Origin: Paraspadella gotoi
Lineage: Eukaryota > Animalia > Chaetognatha
NCBI GenBank assembly: GCA_051294375.1
Contig: CM119263.1
Location: 12,751,723 to 12,815,722 of the forward strand
Direction: 5' to 3'
DNA length: 64,000 nucleotides
The notes below the pieces were generated by a model. The model saw only the letters and a list, made by a program, of their open reading frames with translations, ran no database searches and was not told the DNA's origin. Shown one piece after another: positions 28,039 to 40,289 of this stretch (position 1 is the first letter of the stretch; each line of letters starts with the position of its first letter). A program made the position numbers and the translations under genes.

Positions 28039-29430
28039 ATGACACGAAACGCCACAAGATCGCTTCTCCCGCCAACGTCGAGCGTCAGGCCTCACCTGCC
28101 AATGCGGACGATGGATCTCCCGCTTTTGATTTTGGCTTCGGTTTCCTTCGTCCCAAACTTGATGCTGTTGGCGACTCTGATTCGGATATTGACTCGTCAG
28201 AAGACGAGTCGATCGTCATTGTCGAGGTCGTCTTCTCGGATCCCGCCTCCAGTCGAATGCCCACGGAATTTTCCGTCGGTGTCGACTTCATCGACAGGTT
28301 GGACCTTCGCATTCTTTACGCCTTCAGCTATCACCCCTCAACTTCTTCTGCTCGTCATCGTCGATCTTCTCTGCGCCGCCTTCACCGCCTTCAACTTCGC
28401 CGACGTGTCCGGCTACGATTCGGAGGATGCTCAGATTTCGGCGCTTGTTGAGCCGCTGGGCGCCGGCGACGGAGTCGTTTTCCACAACAACTTTTTCGTG
28501 CTGATGTTCCGGGAGGGGCAAATGCTCCTGCGGATGCACTTGGCCGTAGTCCCGTTCATTGCCAATCGGGTACTGAAGGCGCACGTGGCCGTCGCGCGAG
28601 GCATCGCGACTCGAGGCGGCGTCGAAGGCGTCGAGTCTAGACGGCGCTGTTCGCCCTGGCGCGCGTTTCTCGATGCTCTGGCGATCGGGGTGGCGCTGCC
28701 GACGACGGCCGTCGTTTCCTTTTTCGTGATCGTCCCGCGCGTTTTCGGTCCGTTACGCGCGAGGGCGTGGCTCTGGTTCTACATCGTCTTCTTCGGAGGC
28801 GTCACCGTCGGTCCGCTCCTCGTCGTTCTCGTCACCGTCGTCTTTCTAACGGCGTCGACGTGCCGATTGAGTCGCGAGCGGCGTCGCCGCTGGGGAGAAG
28901 CTGAGATGAAACATTTCGACGTTGCGCGTTTTCGAGACGCTGCGACAGTCCGATCGGACGCCAACGACGCCGCCTCGGGCGACGCCATATTCGAAGACGC
29001 TCGTCGACCGCGTGACGAAGACGCAGGGATTTCTAATGTTGGCTTTGAGTCCGGCAATGGGCGCTCATCGACGATTTCCAACGGGAACGCCGCCCAAGAA
29101 ACGAATTCGACAGAGACGCCAATTTCCGACTTTGGGCGAAGCGACTCCGACGCCGGAAATTCCGACGACGCCGATTCCCTCGACGTTCTTTCACTTCTGG
29201 AGTCGGAGATCGAGGAAAACCGTCTCGTTGTCGCCCTCGGCCTCGTCTTGCTTCTTTGCAACGTCTCTTGGATCTGGTTTCTCCTTTCACCCGAGCCCGC
29301 TTCCTGGATGCTTTTCACCATTTTGGGGATGGTCAATTCGTCAGTCAATTTGTTCTTGTGCCTCTGTCTCGATCGACGATTCCGCTCCGAGTTCCAGGAA
29401 ACGTTTTATTTTTTTCGCCGAAGACGTTAG
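28039..29430 (+). CDS. Intronless divergent rhodopsin-class GPCR (peptide-receptor/chemoreceptor-like); true start may be the Met at ~28102-28111
   Basis: Seven hydrophobic segments: TM1 PNLMLL, TM2 IVDLL, TM3 ending ANRVL (DRY position), long acidic/Ser ICL3, TM6 LLLCNVSW, TM7 NSSVNLFLCLCLDRRFRSEF. Confidence 0.8.
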   Translation: MTRNATRSLLPPTSSVRPHLPMRTMDLPLLILASVSFVPNLMLLATLIRILTRQKTSRSSLSRSSSRIPPPVECPRNFPSVSTSSTGWTFAFFTPSAITPQLLLLVIVDLLCAAFTAFNFADVSGYDSEDAQISALVEPLGAGDGVVFHNNFFVLMFREGQMLLRMHLAVVPFIANRVLKAHVAVARGIATRGGVEGVESRRRCSPWRAFLDALAIGVALPTTAVVSFFVIVPRVFGPLRARAWLWFYIVFFGGVTVGPLLVVLVTVVFLTASTCRLSRERRRRWGEAEMKHFDVARFRDAATVRSDANDAASGDAIFEDARRPRDEDAGISNVGFESGNGRSSTISNGNAAQETNSTETPISDFGRSDSDAGNSDDADSLDVLSLLESEIEENRLVVALGLVLLLCNVSWIWFLLSPEPASWMLFTILGMVNSSVNLFLCLCLDRRFRSEFQETFYFFRRRR

Positions 29431-30387
29431 ATCTTGTCATCAACTGTGTTTATTTTACGCTTTCTTGGTAAAAATGAACCATTTGTTGGTAGATATATGA
29501 CATACGGTTTATTTTAGAAAATTCGCCAATCGTTTTTTCACTCCTTGTATTGCATGCTAAAGCATTCATTAAATATTACAAAAATCTTTGAATAAAATTT
29601 TTTTAAAGTGACTGATAAGTAGAAAATACATGAAACCTCGCTAAGAATTGTTTAGTTACCGTTATGGTAAAATTCAACTACGCCAAGCCAACCAAAAAAT
29701 TTCAGATGACAGACTTCTGCGTTTACAAATAGTAATCGTCCGATGTACGATGAAAACTTGGCAAATATTAAAAACCTGATACATTTTTGGTGAGAAAAAA
29801 AAACAATTATAGGAAGAAAGAAAAAAGAGCAACAGCATAGTCAGCAAAAGCTTGGGACCGTATTATGTCTGGGGGTGAGAAAAAGTTGAAATAGGTGGAC
29901 GCGTGAAAGAGCTTGAATTTTTTTGGGTCTTTGTTTATATAACAATACATATGTTTATACAGTCTGTTTTCCGTGAGATCACGAAAATAAAATTGAGCAT
30001 ACTAGGGGGCGGTGCAAAGACTCTCTCTCTCTCTCTCCCTCCTTAGAAAATATCTTTTTTAGAAATTAAAATAATTTTTAATAAATAAACTTTTTTTTCT
30101 GGTTATTTTAGTAATTTTGTATTCTTTAAATGGCACAAATTCTATCCCTCGTTTATAAAAAGTTTTTTTCGTTCATCATTAATTCATCTTAGTAAACTCC
30201 GAGATAAGGAAAGATGAAAAAAAAAGGGAAATAATAACAGGATTAGGAAAAGAAGAAAAGAGGAGAGATATCAGAAGAGGAAGGAGTTCGACTATAAAAT
30301 TAGAATCACAAGATATCTTAGCGTTTTGGATCGTCGTAAAAGTTAAAATTCGATTCCTTTTTAATCGAGCTTCATTCAACTTATAAG

Positions 30388-32135
30388 ATGTGGAGAGCTC
30401 TACTTTTCTTAGGATGTGTGGTACTGTCTCCCACGGCCTGGGGTAAAAGCAAATTATTTTTAGTGATTTTTTTTTATAATAAAAATTATGTTTCAAATTA
30501 CAATTGAATATCTTCGCTGGCAACCACAAACGGGACCACGACATCGACCAAGAACATGATCGACAAACTTCTTCTCTGTTAATCAATAAGCTTTATTATG
30601 ATTTGTCTCCTTTTTTCGAATTTTGCCCAGGACTCACCTTTAGACAACTGGTGATGGACCCGTCAAGGGCGGACACTGATTCAATTTACTCCTCTTCATA
30701 TGGCGCCCCTAACGGATTTCAGAATTTCAACTTATTCTGGCTGAGCAGCAGGGACAAAAACGGGGCAGGCATAAAGGACCGCGCCTTTCCGCACTTTATT
30801 TGGTATAGGCTCGTCACGCCTGTTATTCCCTATCAAGTAAGTGTCAAGAATTTTACTTGATATATGATATTATGAAAATTTGCAAATTACTTGTTTCACT
30901 ATTTTCTATTTTTCTATTTTAATATTTTTATGAAGGATTTAGTATTTAATCTATATTATTTAATCAAACATAATTGCTTTCTTTTTTAAAAATGTTTTAT
31001 TTATCTAATAATTCAATTTGGGAAGGGGAAGTCAGTGTTGTATTCTGGAAATAGAGGAGCATCTATACAACACAAGGTTAGATTACTATCTGTCCTAGTT
31101 TTCTAATAGATATCACACATCATTTCTGTTAGAAAGTCATTAATGAAAAATCATAATATTTAAGAGGCTGAACAGAAAAATTTTTTGAGGGGGGACCAAC
31201 GTTACATATGATTTTTTTTAAACAATAGGGATAAGACTACCATGTAAAATTGTATGTTCTGATAGGGTCTATAGGGGCACCTTTATGTCATGAATATAAT
31301 TTTAAAATACTTTAATGAAAATTTTATTTTTTCTTTATCCTATTTTTTAATTATTTTTTTTTGAATATTTTTTATCTTTTATGTTCATACAATGGGAAGG
31401 TCATCAGTTGGGAACCTATACCCTTTATGGATTTCGGCTCTTTAATCCCAATATCCAGGTATAGGCGAGCCATCACCAAATGGTGATCCTTCGTTGTTTG
31501 TTAAATAATTATATGACTTGATGTATGTTGCTTGCAGAGAATTTTCTGCGAATTTGAAATTACTTTTAAAGTCAAACAACAGGTCCAAAAAAATCAAATA
31601 AGCAAAAATAGATTTTTAGGTAGTATTCAAATTGCTTTTTACTGTAAAAATATTAAATCATGAAATCAAGAGCTTTATTAAAATATTGTAAATATTGTTA
31701 ATTTACAACTTTTGAAGCCGCTTCATATTAAAATTTGTTTTGCTAATAGCCAAGCTCACGGTATATATATATTTTTTTAAATTTCTAATAATAGGGAAAG
31801 GAGATCGAGTAATTTGAAAACAATAAAAAGAAAATCCTCAGGTGAGTTTCCTCCCGCGGACCGACGATACCTTCGAAGACTACGGCTACGTGGGTCCGAC
31901 GGAGTGGCAGTTCCTCGGCTCCACGGATGTGCCCTGCGACGAGTGGTCCGCCTGGGACGTCCTCTGCGAAAAACGCGCCGGCAACGATGTCGAGAGAAAG
32001 ACAAGCCTCAACTACTGCTCCGTCGATACGGGAAAAGCGTACGCCTGCCTGGGCGTCAGCGTGCTCAATACCGCCATGCCGCATTACCCCATTACCGGCA
32101 TCTCGAGCCTTCGAATCTTTTATAAAGTGATCTGA
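30388..32135 (+). CDS. Small secreted discoidin/F5-8 type C-like (galactose-binding fold) protein, 3 exons (30388-30442, 30631-30836, 31842-32135)
   Basis: Signal peptide MWRALLFLGCVVLSPTAWG; in-phase GT-AG junctions; motifs FWLS...FPHFIWYRL...VSFLPR...PTEWQFLGS..W. Fold assignment is by motif resemblance only. Confidence 0.7.
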
Positions 32136-32356
32136 GTTATGAAGAACGGGTCATAAAAGGCCGATGAAGAACGACCTTGCAACGGATGTTGGTGACCAAA
32201 AAAAAGTATGAATTATCGTTATCCAGCGAATATATGTACTTTAGATTAAATTTTAATTAAACATTTCCTTAATATCATTAATATGAAATATAGGTTTGAC
32301 AATAAGCAAAGTGTATTGGGGCTCCTAATTGCAAATCAGTTCTGCATTTTTTAATC

Positions 32357-32357
<1 letters not shown>

Positions 32358-32433
<76 letters not shown>

Positions 32434-32440
32434 TTTCTTT
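32358..32440. repeat. (TTTC)n microsatellite; similar tracts at 12996-13040, 32636-32710 (spanning an N gap) and 40208-40289
   Basis: Direct reading. Confidence 0.95.
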
Positions 32441-33580
32441 TTTCCTTCTCCTTTTTATATTTTTAACACATCAAATCATCGTCATTTTCCTTGGGTACCA
32501 CTTTTTTCGCACGCTTTCGTGATTTTTTAAAATCTCTCGCTTATACCCTATCTCTCTCTGTTTTCTTTTACTTTCTCTTTCTCTTTCTTTTTATTTTTCG
32601 TTGTCTTTCTATATTTTTCCTTCTTTTTTGTTTGCTTCTTTCTTTCTTTCTTTCTTTCTTTCTTTCNNNNNNNNNNNNNTTCTTTCTTTCTTTCTTTCTT
32701 TCTTTCTTTTTTTTCTCTTATTCTTCCTGAGAGCTAAATAGACAAATAACTCTGAAGGCGAAAAATGAGCCAACTATTAGCATTGTTGGCAAATTTTCAA
32801 AGAAGACTAGGAGAGATTGGAGCGTAAAAAAAAGAATGAGTGATAACGAGAGAGAGAGAGAGAGAGAGAGAAACTGGAATGCGAAGCGACGCTCTAGTTC
32901 TACTTACAATTGACGGGACACTAACAAAAGGTTTAGTTAAAAGTAATGAATTGTCTGGGTTTTTAATAATTCAAAAAATAAAAGCCAAGTTAGTAAATTT
33001 TTAATTTTGAAAATAAAAAACATATATATTGGTTATATATATATTGGTTGTACCAATTTCATAAACTAATGTCAATATAATAGTTTTTAACTAAAAATAT
33101 TTACTAACAAACTTTACCATTTTAGTGTATTATCGAGTCGCCCAACCAACCGCGCAGCTGCGACTAAGAATTTGTGGTTTTTCAACTTCACTAATGTTTC
33201 GTTTAGAATTTAAAGGTGACGGTAATAAGGTCAAGCGACGTCTCTTCCAAAGTCGTCGTTGTTATTATCGTCGTCTTCCAAGGCGCCATCGGTCCGAGAA
33301 AAAAAAATACTCGAACGTAGTATTTTTTTCGACACTCGTATTTAGTTCGTCGCTCGTTGTGATGAATATTCTTAACGTATCACATGTGACATAACTTTCC
33401 TTTTTTTCGGATTCAATACAATCTGTGATTAAGTGGACGCATCTTCGGTGTAAGTTTAGGATTAAAGGATTAATAATAGGAGCGGGCATGGTTTTTTATT
33501 GTCGAATCCCTTTTACGATTACGCTGGCGCCCCACCGGAACCAGTCGCCGACGTGGTCGTGATGCAAGGAGAAGGCGACG

Positions 33581-36500
33581 ATGCGACTTCGCGCCGCCGA
33601 CATGATTTTTCTCTCCGTTCTTTTCTTTTCCGTCCTCGTTTGGTAAGTCTCTCGACGGGCAAAATTTATTTTTCGATCTCCATGTTTACGTTTTTGGTCA
33701 CATGACCCCATTCCTTCCTCCCTCAAGTCTTCTTCTTTTCTCCGACAAATGCGCTCTCCGCATCTCCAACTCGAACCGACCTCGACGGATCGATGGACGA
33801 TCGAAGAGTCGCGAGGAGGCCTTTGGGGACTTAGACGACCCGACGAGGAACGCTGAAATCGACGCCGGTGACGCCGGCGCTCGACCTGGGATCTCTTTCG
33901 TCGACGACGAGGACGCGGACAAAGATTGGATCGCCGTCGAGGGGCCGCTGGGCAGTCGATCCTCGGAACCTCGAGGTGGACTGGGAACTTTTCGGTTGGA
34001 AAATTTAAAGAAGAGAAAGGATAAGAAGGACAGCTTTTACTTTCTTCCCTCGACATCGCCGTATCCTTTGGGCATTGATTCGCGTAATTTCTCGGTCGCT
34101 GATTTACGAACTTTGCATCCCCGTTTGCGAGATTCTTCGTATCTTCCCTCATCTCTACATCGTCCGTCAACCGGAAGTCCTTTGGCAAAGCGACCCATAA
34201 ACGTTTCTCATTATCCCTCCGTCCCATCACATTTTCAAAAGTTCTCGACCCTCAAACGAAAGCCTCAATGGAAGCTCCCGCGGAATAAATCGAGATGGCA
34301 GCGAAGTGCGCTGGAGCAACTCTTGAGAGAGCTGCGACCACTGGAGAATGATGAAGCCAGAAGAAACCAGTCATTCGCAAAATCTTCAAAGAAATGTCCA
34401 CCAACTTTGTCCTCGAAAAAGACAATGGATTCCGTTGACAACAAAACTTCGGTTAACGAATCGGCGATGACGATCACCCCGACGATAATGACGACGACGG
34501 CGATGAAGTTAACTACGATGCCAACAGTTCAAAAGAAAGCCGATTACAGATTACGCCATATGTTGCCTCGCGACTCCGATGAGCGAAGTGTTCCAGATCT
34601 TTTGGCAATTTTCCGCCCTTCGCCAGTGAAGTTTCCGGCGGAATTTGCGGCTGCACCAGTCAATGAACCGGAAGACCCCGTCGAAGGAGGGGACTCGGTC
34701 GACGACGCGTTGCATCACTGGAGCATCTTTCGCGTGAAAAAAATAGAGGAGGTCGAAGAGGCCTCTCGCCCTGGAACTGACGACGACGACGAGGCTTCGG
34801 AACAAAGATATTTTTCAATCTCACGAGATCTTGATGATAGTGATGAGTTAATTCGTAATCATCATTCCATTAGTAAGTTAATCGAATTAAAATAAAATCG
34901 CGTTAATTAAATTCAGTTTGATCTCGAATTTTTCTTACTAAAAATTCCATCCTCTATTAAATTGAAGGGTCATCAATTTTCGACAAATACAATCATGATA
35001 AAAAATATTCGAGAGTTTACGAAATTTGGGAAGAAGATAGCTTTATATTTTGATATTGATTTTTTTTTAGTTTGTTGAGCTAATTGATTTTTCTTTTATT
35101 GTTTACTTTTTGGCTAGACATTCCAGACGAAGATCCGGTGACGAATCTCCTCGCAGTTTCGGAGCGGGCGGCCGCTGATCTCGAAACTCGAGGCAAAGCA
35201 ACAGAAGCCGCGGGTGAGAAGAAATTCGAGACCTACTCGGTATAAATTTGAGTCCAAACGAAGCCAGTGGTTAAGCAAAAAAAAAAAGCTAAACAAAACC
35301 CAACAAAATTTAAATATATGGTGGCTTAAAATCCACCAACCGTTCACGGGAGTCATTGGCACAGGAGTCAAGTTACGGGTTTCTTTCCCGCTGGCTCCCT
35401 AGCAGCTAAGAGAGACGCTGTGCTTAACCCGGTGCATGGTGTTATAGCCAGGGACTGCGATTATATCAAATTTTGATATTGAAGAGACAGTAATTATTGA
35501 TAAGTGTTAATGACAGAACCGTTCAATATAAGCAGTCCCTGATCAGGCTTGTAACACCATGTTACAGGCGGGTTAAGCGCCCCGTCCCTCTTAACTGCAG
35601 AGACGCCACCGGCTAGAACCCCGGACCTTTGGGTGGGAGGCGAAAGACTTGCCTCCGGCACCAATGGCCGCTGATGAACGGTTGGTGGATTTTAGTCCAC
35701 CATAGTATATATATATATATTGTTTTGATTCAAAACAATTTTAATGTCTCTTCAAATATCTTATTACTAAAATATTCTATCGACATTGTAACTATTCATC
35801 GTTAACAGTTGAAGAAATTTCCACCCTTGATGTTTTTTTGAGCAGAGTTGCGACGCACTGTAAAGCGGATGCTGCAAGCGGCCGTGACGGGCGATGCAGC
35901 CGCAGCCGAACTAGACGGGCTTAAGCTACGGAGTCTTTTGATTAATGGCAGTTTTGTCGTCGACCGAATCGGTCACAAAGGTTAGAGTCTTATGATAAAT
36001 TTGTACGGCAGTGAAAGGTTTATTACCGGATCGAAATTTAAGCCTTGGCATCGGTTTAAATGTTCAGAAATTAACCACAATTTTTGGGTCTCGTTTTTCA
36101 TAGCACGGCAGGAACCCCCGGATGGAACCTGCAAGGGTGACGATGATTGCTGTTCGCAGGACAACGTTTGCCTCTTTGGGGAAGGTGACTGCGACCAAGA
36201 TCACGAATGCAGGAAAGTCAGGGTTCGGCAATCAATAAGGAAGCCCATAAGCCCATTAGCCACGTTAACGTTTTTAATCGAGAATTGAAAAGATAATAAA
36301 AAACTAGAGACGAGATTCATGGCTAATGCCCCAAAATTCATCTACTTAAATATTCTCGTGTTTAATGAATAATTTAAAAATCTTTTTTTTTTTCAGATTC
36401 GGCTTCGTTTGCGGAGAGGACAACTGTCGCAGCCTTTGGGACGAAGAGTGGGCAGAATTGGTGGGGAACAAAAAAAATTAACATAAAAAAAAGGAGAATT

Positions 36501-36857
36501 AAGAAAAAAGGTAAAACACATTTTAATAGGCGTTCGATGAGTCGGACGACTGCTGCTACAGTCGTTACTGCTACGGCGAAGATGACTGCTGCGCACACGG
36601 CACTTGCGGCTACGGAGAAGGAGACTGTGATCAAGATTACGACTGTGGATACGGCTACTCTTGTGGCGTCGACAACTGCAGGTCGCATAACATAATTAAT
36701 TTCTTTCTTTTCGATTTAACTTTTAAACAGTGGTTATTTATTATGTTGAATCATTTGATAGGAAAGACGAATAATAAAGTTTTTTTTCTTTTTTTTCAGG
36801 TGGATGAAAGGCTATCTGCGTTGGTGGTTCGACGACACCGACGATTGTTGCTTTTAA
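33581..36857 (+). CDS. Secreted protein with a long disordered N-terminal region and two C-terminal Cys-rich CC..C..GEGDCD.D..C..G..CG.DNC repeats; 8 exons (33581-33642, 33729-34872, 35118-35213, 35846-35980, 36104-36212, 36397-36460, 36530-36681, 36800-36857)
   Basis: Spliced signal peptide MIFLSVLFFSVLVCLLLFSDKCA. Repeats DDCCSQDNVCLFGEGDCDQDHECRFGFVCGEDNC and DDCCAHGTCGYGEGDCDQDYDCGYGYSCGVDNC; ends FDDTDDCCF*. AATAAA near 36889. One junction needs a non-GT donor. Confidence 0.75.
35315..35704. mobile_element. Imperfect foldback (MITE-like) element in an intron, arms ~35315-35466 and ~35525-35704, with a tRNA-like segment
   Basis: The left arm TATGGTGGCTTAAAATCCACCAACCGTTCA...AGGGACTGC is the diverged reverse complement of the right arm GCAGTCCCT...TGAACGGTTGGTGGATTTTAGTCCACCATA. 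TA-rich flanks. Confidence 0.75.
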
Positions 36858-37160
36858 TTTCCTCTGATGCTGTTTTTGACGAAACAAAAATAAATGAAGT
36901 GTGTGTGGCATTGTGTAATTATTATTTTTAAAATTCGGCTTAGGGTCAGGCCTTAAACCGTCATAGCCTGTTCAAAGTCAAGGTCAAGATAGCTTATTTA
37001 TTTATTGAATGGCAAATCTAATGTTGGCCTTATTGGATGTACCAATTTCATTTTAATTAGGGAAATTCGATTTGCAGCAGTACTGATGCGTGGCAGCTTT
37101 AATCGACTGCCATTCAAGTATACTGATTCAAAAACTTTATCTACAAAATTGAGTTAATAT

Positions 37161-38576
37161 CTAATCGAGTATAATCGCAGTAGACCTCCGCTGGTCCGCC
37201 TTCTTCCGATGCTTCTTCAGCAACTCGTCCAACTCTCTTTGCTCGCGACTCATTTCTGGTTTCGGTGTCTCGCTTCCTCGATGACCAGCCTTGCGCAGAG
37301 CTCGAATAGGGGACTCCTCGACCGGAGCCGCCGCGTTCTCGCCTCCTTCGCCGTCGACGCCCTTGTCGACGGACTTGAGGATACTGTCGCTCCTCGACAA
37401 CGATTTGAGTTGTTTCATTAGTTGCGCCATTGGATTCAAAGCGTCGGTTTGTGGCAAATTAGGCATCGATGGTCGCCGAACGGTGGCTACTTGGGTTTTC
37501 GCGGTTTTAACGAGCGGCGGTGGCGGCGGTGGGGGAGGCGGAGGAGGGGGAGGTGGCGGTGGAGGAGGAGGAACGACGGGCGGCGACTCGGGCCCCTCAT
37601 CAACCGAACAACTCTTCATTTCTTCCAGAAGTCGCTTCTTCTCTTCCTCCGCCAACTCCAGCGCCGTCCTGATCCCGTCCCTTTCTTCCTTTAACGATGC
37701 GATCTCTTCAAGCAATTCGCGGAGTCCGGCTTTGTCGACGGGTTTTTCCGCCCCCGGGCCACCGGGTGCAAACGATCGACGTCGCGATTTTGCACGAAGT
37801 CCTTCGTTCTCAAAAGTCAGAGTTTCGACGCGTTTCTCCAATTCGTCGAGTTCTTGCTGAAGACGCTTGTTGGTCGACTTCTCGTTCAGCAGCAGTTCGT
37901 CGACGGCTGCCTTTTCTTTCTCCACGCGGATGAGCTTGTCGAGGAGAGTTTCGTCTTCGTCGAAAGATTCCGGGACGACGCTTTGGCGGAGTTGACGGTT
38001 CTCCTGAGCGTAGGGAGAGGGTATGGCTAGAAATCTTTTTTTGTCGGATATGTCACTTTGGTTCGTTGACTTTACTGACCTTGATCAACATTTTTACTGT
38101 GCCTTCGTACAGCTGTTTCTGCTCATCTGATTTCTTCACAGCCTCCTCGTAAGCGGAGGACACTGACGAAGTCACGACCTCCATCTTTCTTTTTAAAATT
38201 TCCTATATAGAATCAGAATCAGAAAAAGTTTAATAAGAAAACTAACGCAGCAATTATCGTTATTATGCCAGGTTATGAAACCCAACGTCTAAAAATCAAT
38301 TGAATGTGGTTCTCGATCAGTATTTCATTTTGAATAAAAAAAAAAAACTATACTTGAAGCTTCAGCACAATATGCAAAAATTTTGTCAGTTTTGATTTCT
38401 CTATTTAACTGAAGAAATAACTCTCCCACGTCTCGGACCCCTCCCCCCGAAACATCGTTTACCTTGTCTCTTAAAGCCTTCGTGGTTATGCTGTACATTT
38501 TGTTAACGATTTCATCCTCGCTATCGCCGTCGCTGCTGACGACCTCCAGATTCTGATCTGTCGGGTTTCCGTTCAT
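37161..38576 (-). CDS. Coiled-coil + polyproline protein, shootin-1-like architecture; exons 38576-38463, 38202-38080, 38003-37161 (5' end may extend)
   Basis: In-phase GT-AG exons. Coiled coils (ENRQLRQS, LQQELDELEKRVETLTFENEGLRAKSRR), an 18-Pro tract, WH2-like MAQLMKQLK...LKSV, and C-terminal ELDELLKKHRK. Confidence 0.7.
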
Positions 38577-40206
38577 CGCCGAGGATTCTTCGGACGGGTG
38601 GCCCTCTTGTGACGATTGACTCGAATGGGCCACTTTTTTTTTGTGGCGCTAAAATCTGAAACAGATAAAAAATCTTTGAAGTTTGAAGCGAATTCTAATC
38701 CTGACTGTCATCCCTTTTTTCAAAAGTTTATTAATTAACCGATGAGCCGGTAATTTAAATTGACCATGTAGTCTATTCTAGTATAATTCGGACCGTTGAT
38801 CTGTAAATAATTAGTTGAAAATATCAATGACAAAAACAGTTTTAAAACGAGTCAAATTGGTAAAAATTTGAAGAAAAAAAAACCGAAAACGTCATTACTA
38901 GGGTGACGGAAAAGTGCGCGTAAAAAAACGAGGACAATCGACCACTTATGATGTATTATTGATATGTATTTTGCGCGTTATAAATAGATTTTCGAGAAAA
39001 AACACAAACACTGACATAAAATCTATTATTTATTGGAAATTCCTTCTTCCGAGGCAGCGAGCATAATCCTAGACAATATACGGGCGGCGACTGCGGTGTC
39101 GTACTTCCCGTCCTGTTTACTGAGTAACTGGTTCTCTTTCTGATTATCCAGTTTAAAGATTGTTCAGAAAAAAAATCAATCCAACCAGTTTTAAACTTTA
39201 GATTTACTTATCTTTTGGTTAGAAAAAAAAATTATAGGTAAATTTGGAACAAAGGTTATGTATTAGGATATTAGAATATATTAGGATATATTAGATATAT
39301 TACGAATTATTAAGAAACCGGTAAAGACAAATCTTTATAACAACTTGAGCACTGAGAAGCACTGAGCCAGTGGAAGAAACGAAATATCAGAAAATTATTG
39401 TTGAATTTATATGAAAGCGATTGTAAAAAAAGTTATCCAAATATTTACAGTGGTTACTCATTATTACTGGTTACTCCTGATTACTCCTGTTTACTCCGTA
39501 AGGTCCGTAAAAAGCCGTCCGAAGTTGCTACCCGAAATCGCCCATCTCGACCGAGGATGGCCGCGCTGAATGACGGAGATAAATAATTAAATACTAATTA
39601 AATAAATACCAATTAAATTAAATACTAATTAATTCGTTGGTATGAACAGTATGAAAACAACATAACTTAATTTACATAAGCTATGCCTATGCCTAAAAAA
39701 CCGTATCTATTTATTAATCGTAGTTAATCCCTCGCGACTCTCAGTTTTAAAAGTGGAATTTATGTCAGACTACTTGTGAAAAAAGTTAACAGTTAAAACA
39801 GTTAAAAGTTGACAGAATGTTGGGAAGTTCTGTCTAATTTTCTAGCCTAATAAAGGTTCCACCCTTCCAAAAATCTATTTCCTCTCCCCACCCAATTTTA
39901 ACTCCGATTCCATCGCTTTTTCTTGTTTTTTTTTCTTTTTCTTCTCCTCCTCCCTCTTTCTTCCTCCCTCTTCCGCCTCCCTCTTTCTTCCTCTCTCTTT
40001 CCTCCTCTCTCTTTCTTCCTCCCTCTTCCGCCTCCTCCTCTTTTCTCGTACTCGGCTCGCTTCAGATCCCATTCCCGGCCGGCCGCCTCCGGACCAGTAC
40101 CATCTCGGTTCCATTGCGCGTTTTCTGTTTCGTAACTCATTCTCGTGCTCTTTCCTAGACTAATTTTTAAATTTAATTGTTCTGTCTTTCTTTCTATCAG
40201 TTATTT

Positions 40207-40289
<83 letters not shown>

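Noticed and set aside
28779-29500. Overlapping alternative-frame and antisense ORFs in the intronless GPCR
   Set aside because: Expected in GC-rich coding DNA; no independent protein features.
33499-33705. ORF MSNPFYDY... as first exon of the Cys-rich gene
   Set aside because: Wrong phase for the acceptor at 33728; the frame starting at 33581 splices in phase and yields a signal peptide.
35671-35704. CTGATGA hammerhead core in the foldback arm
   Set aside because: No GAAA follows the stem, so the core is incomplete.
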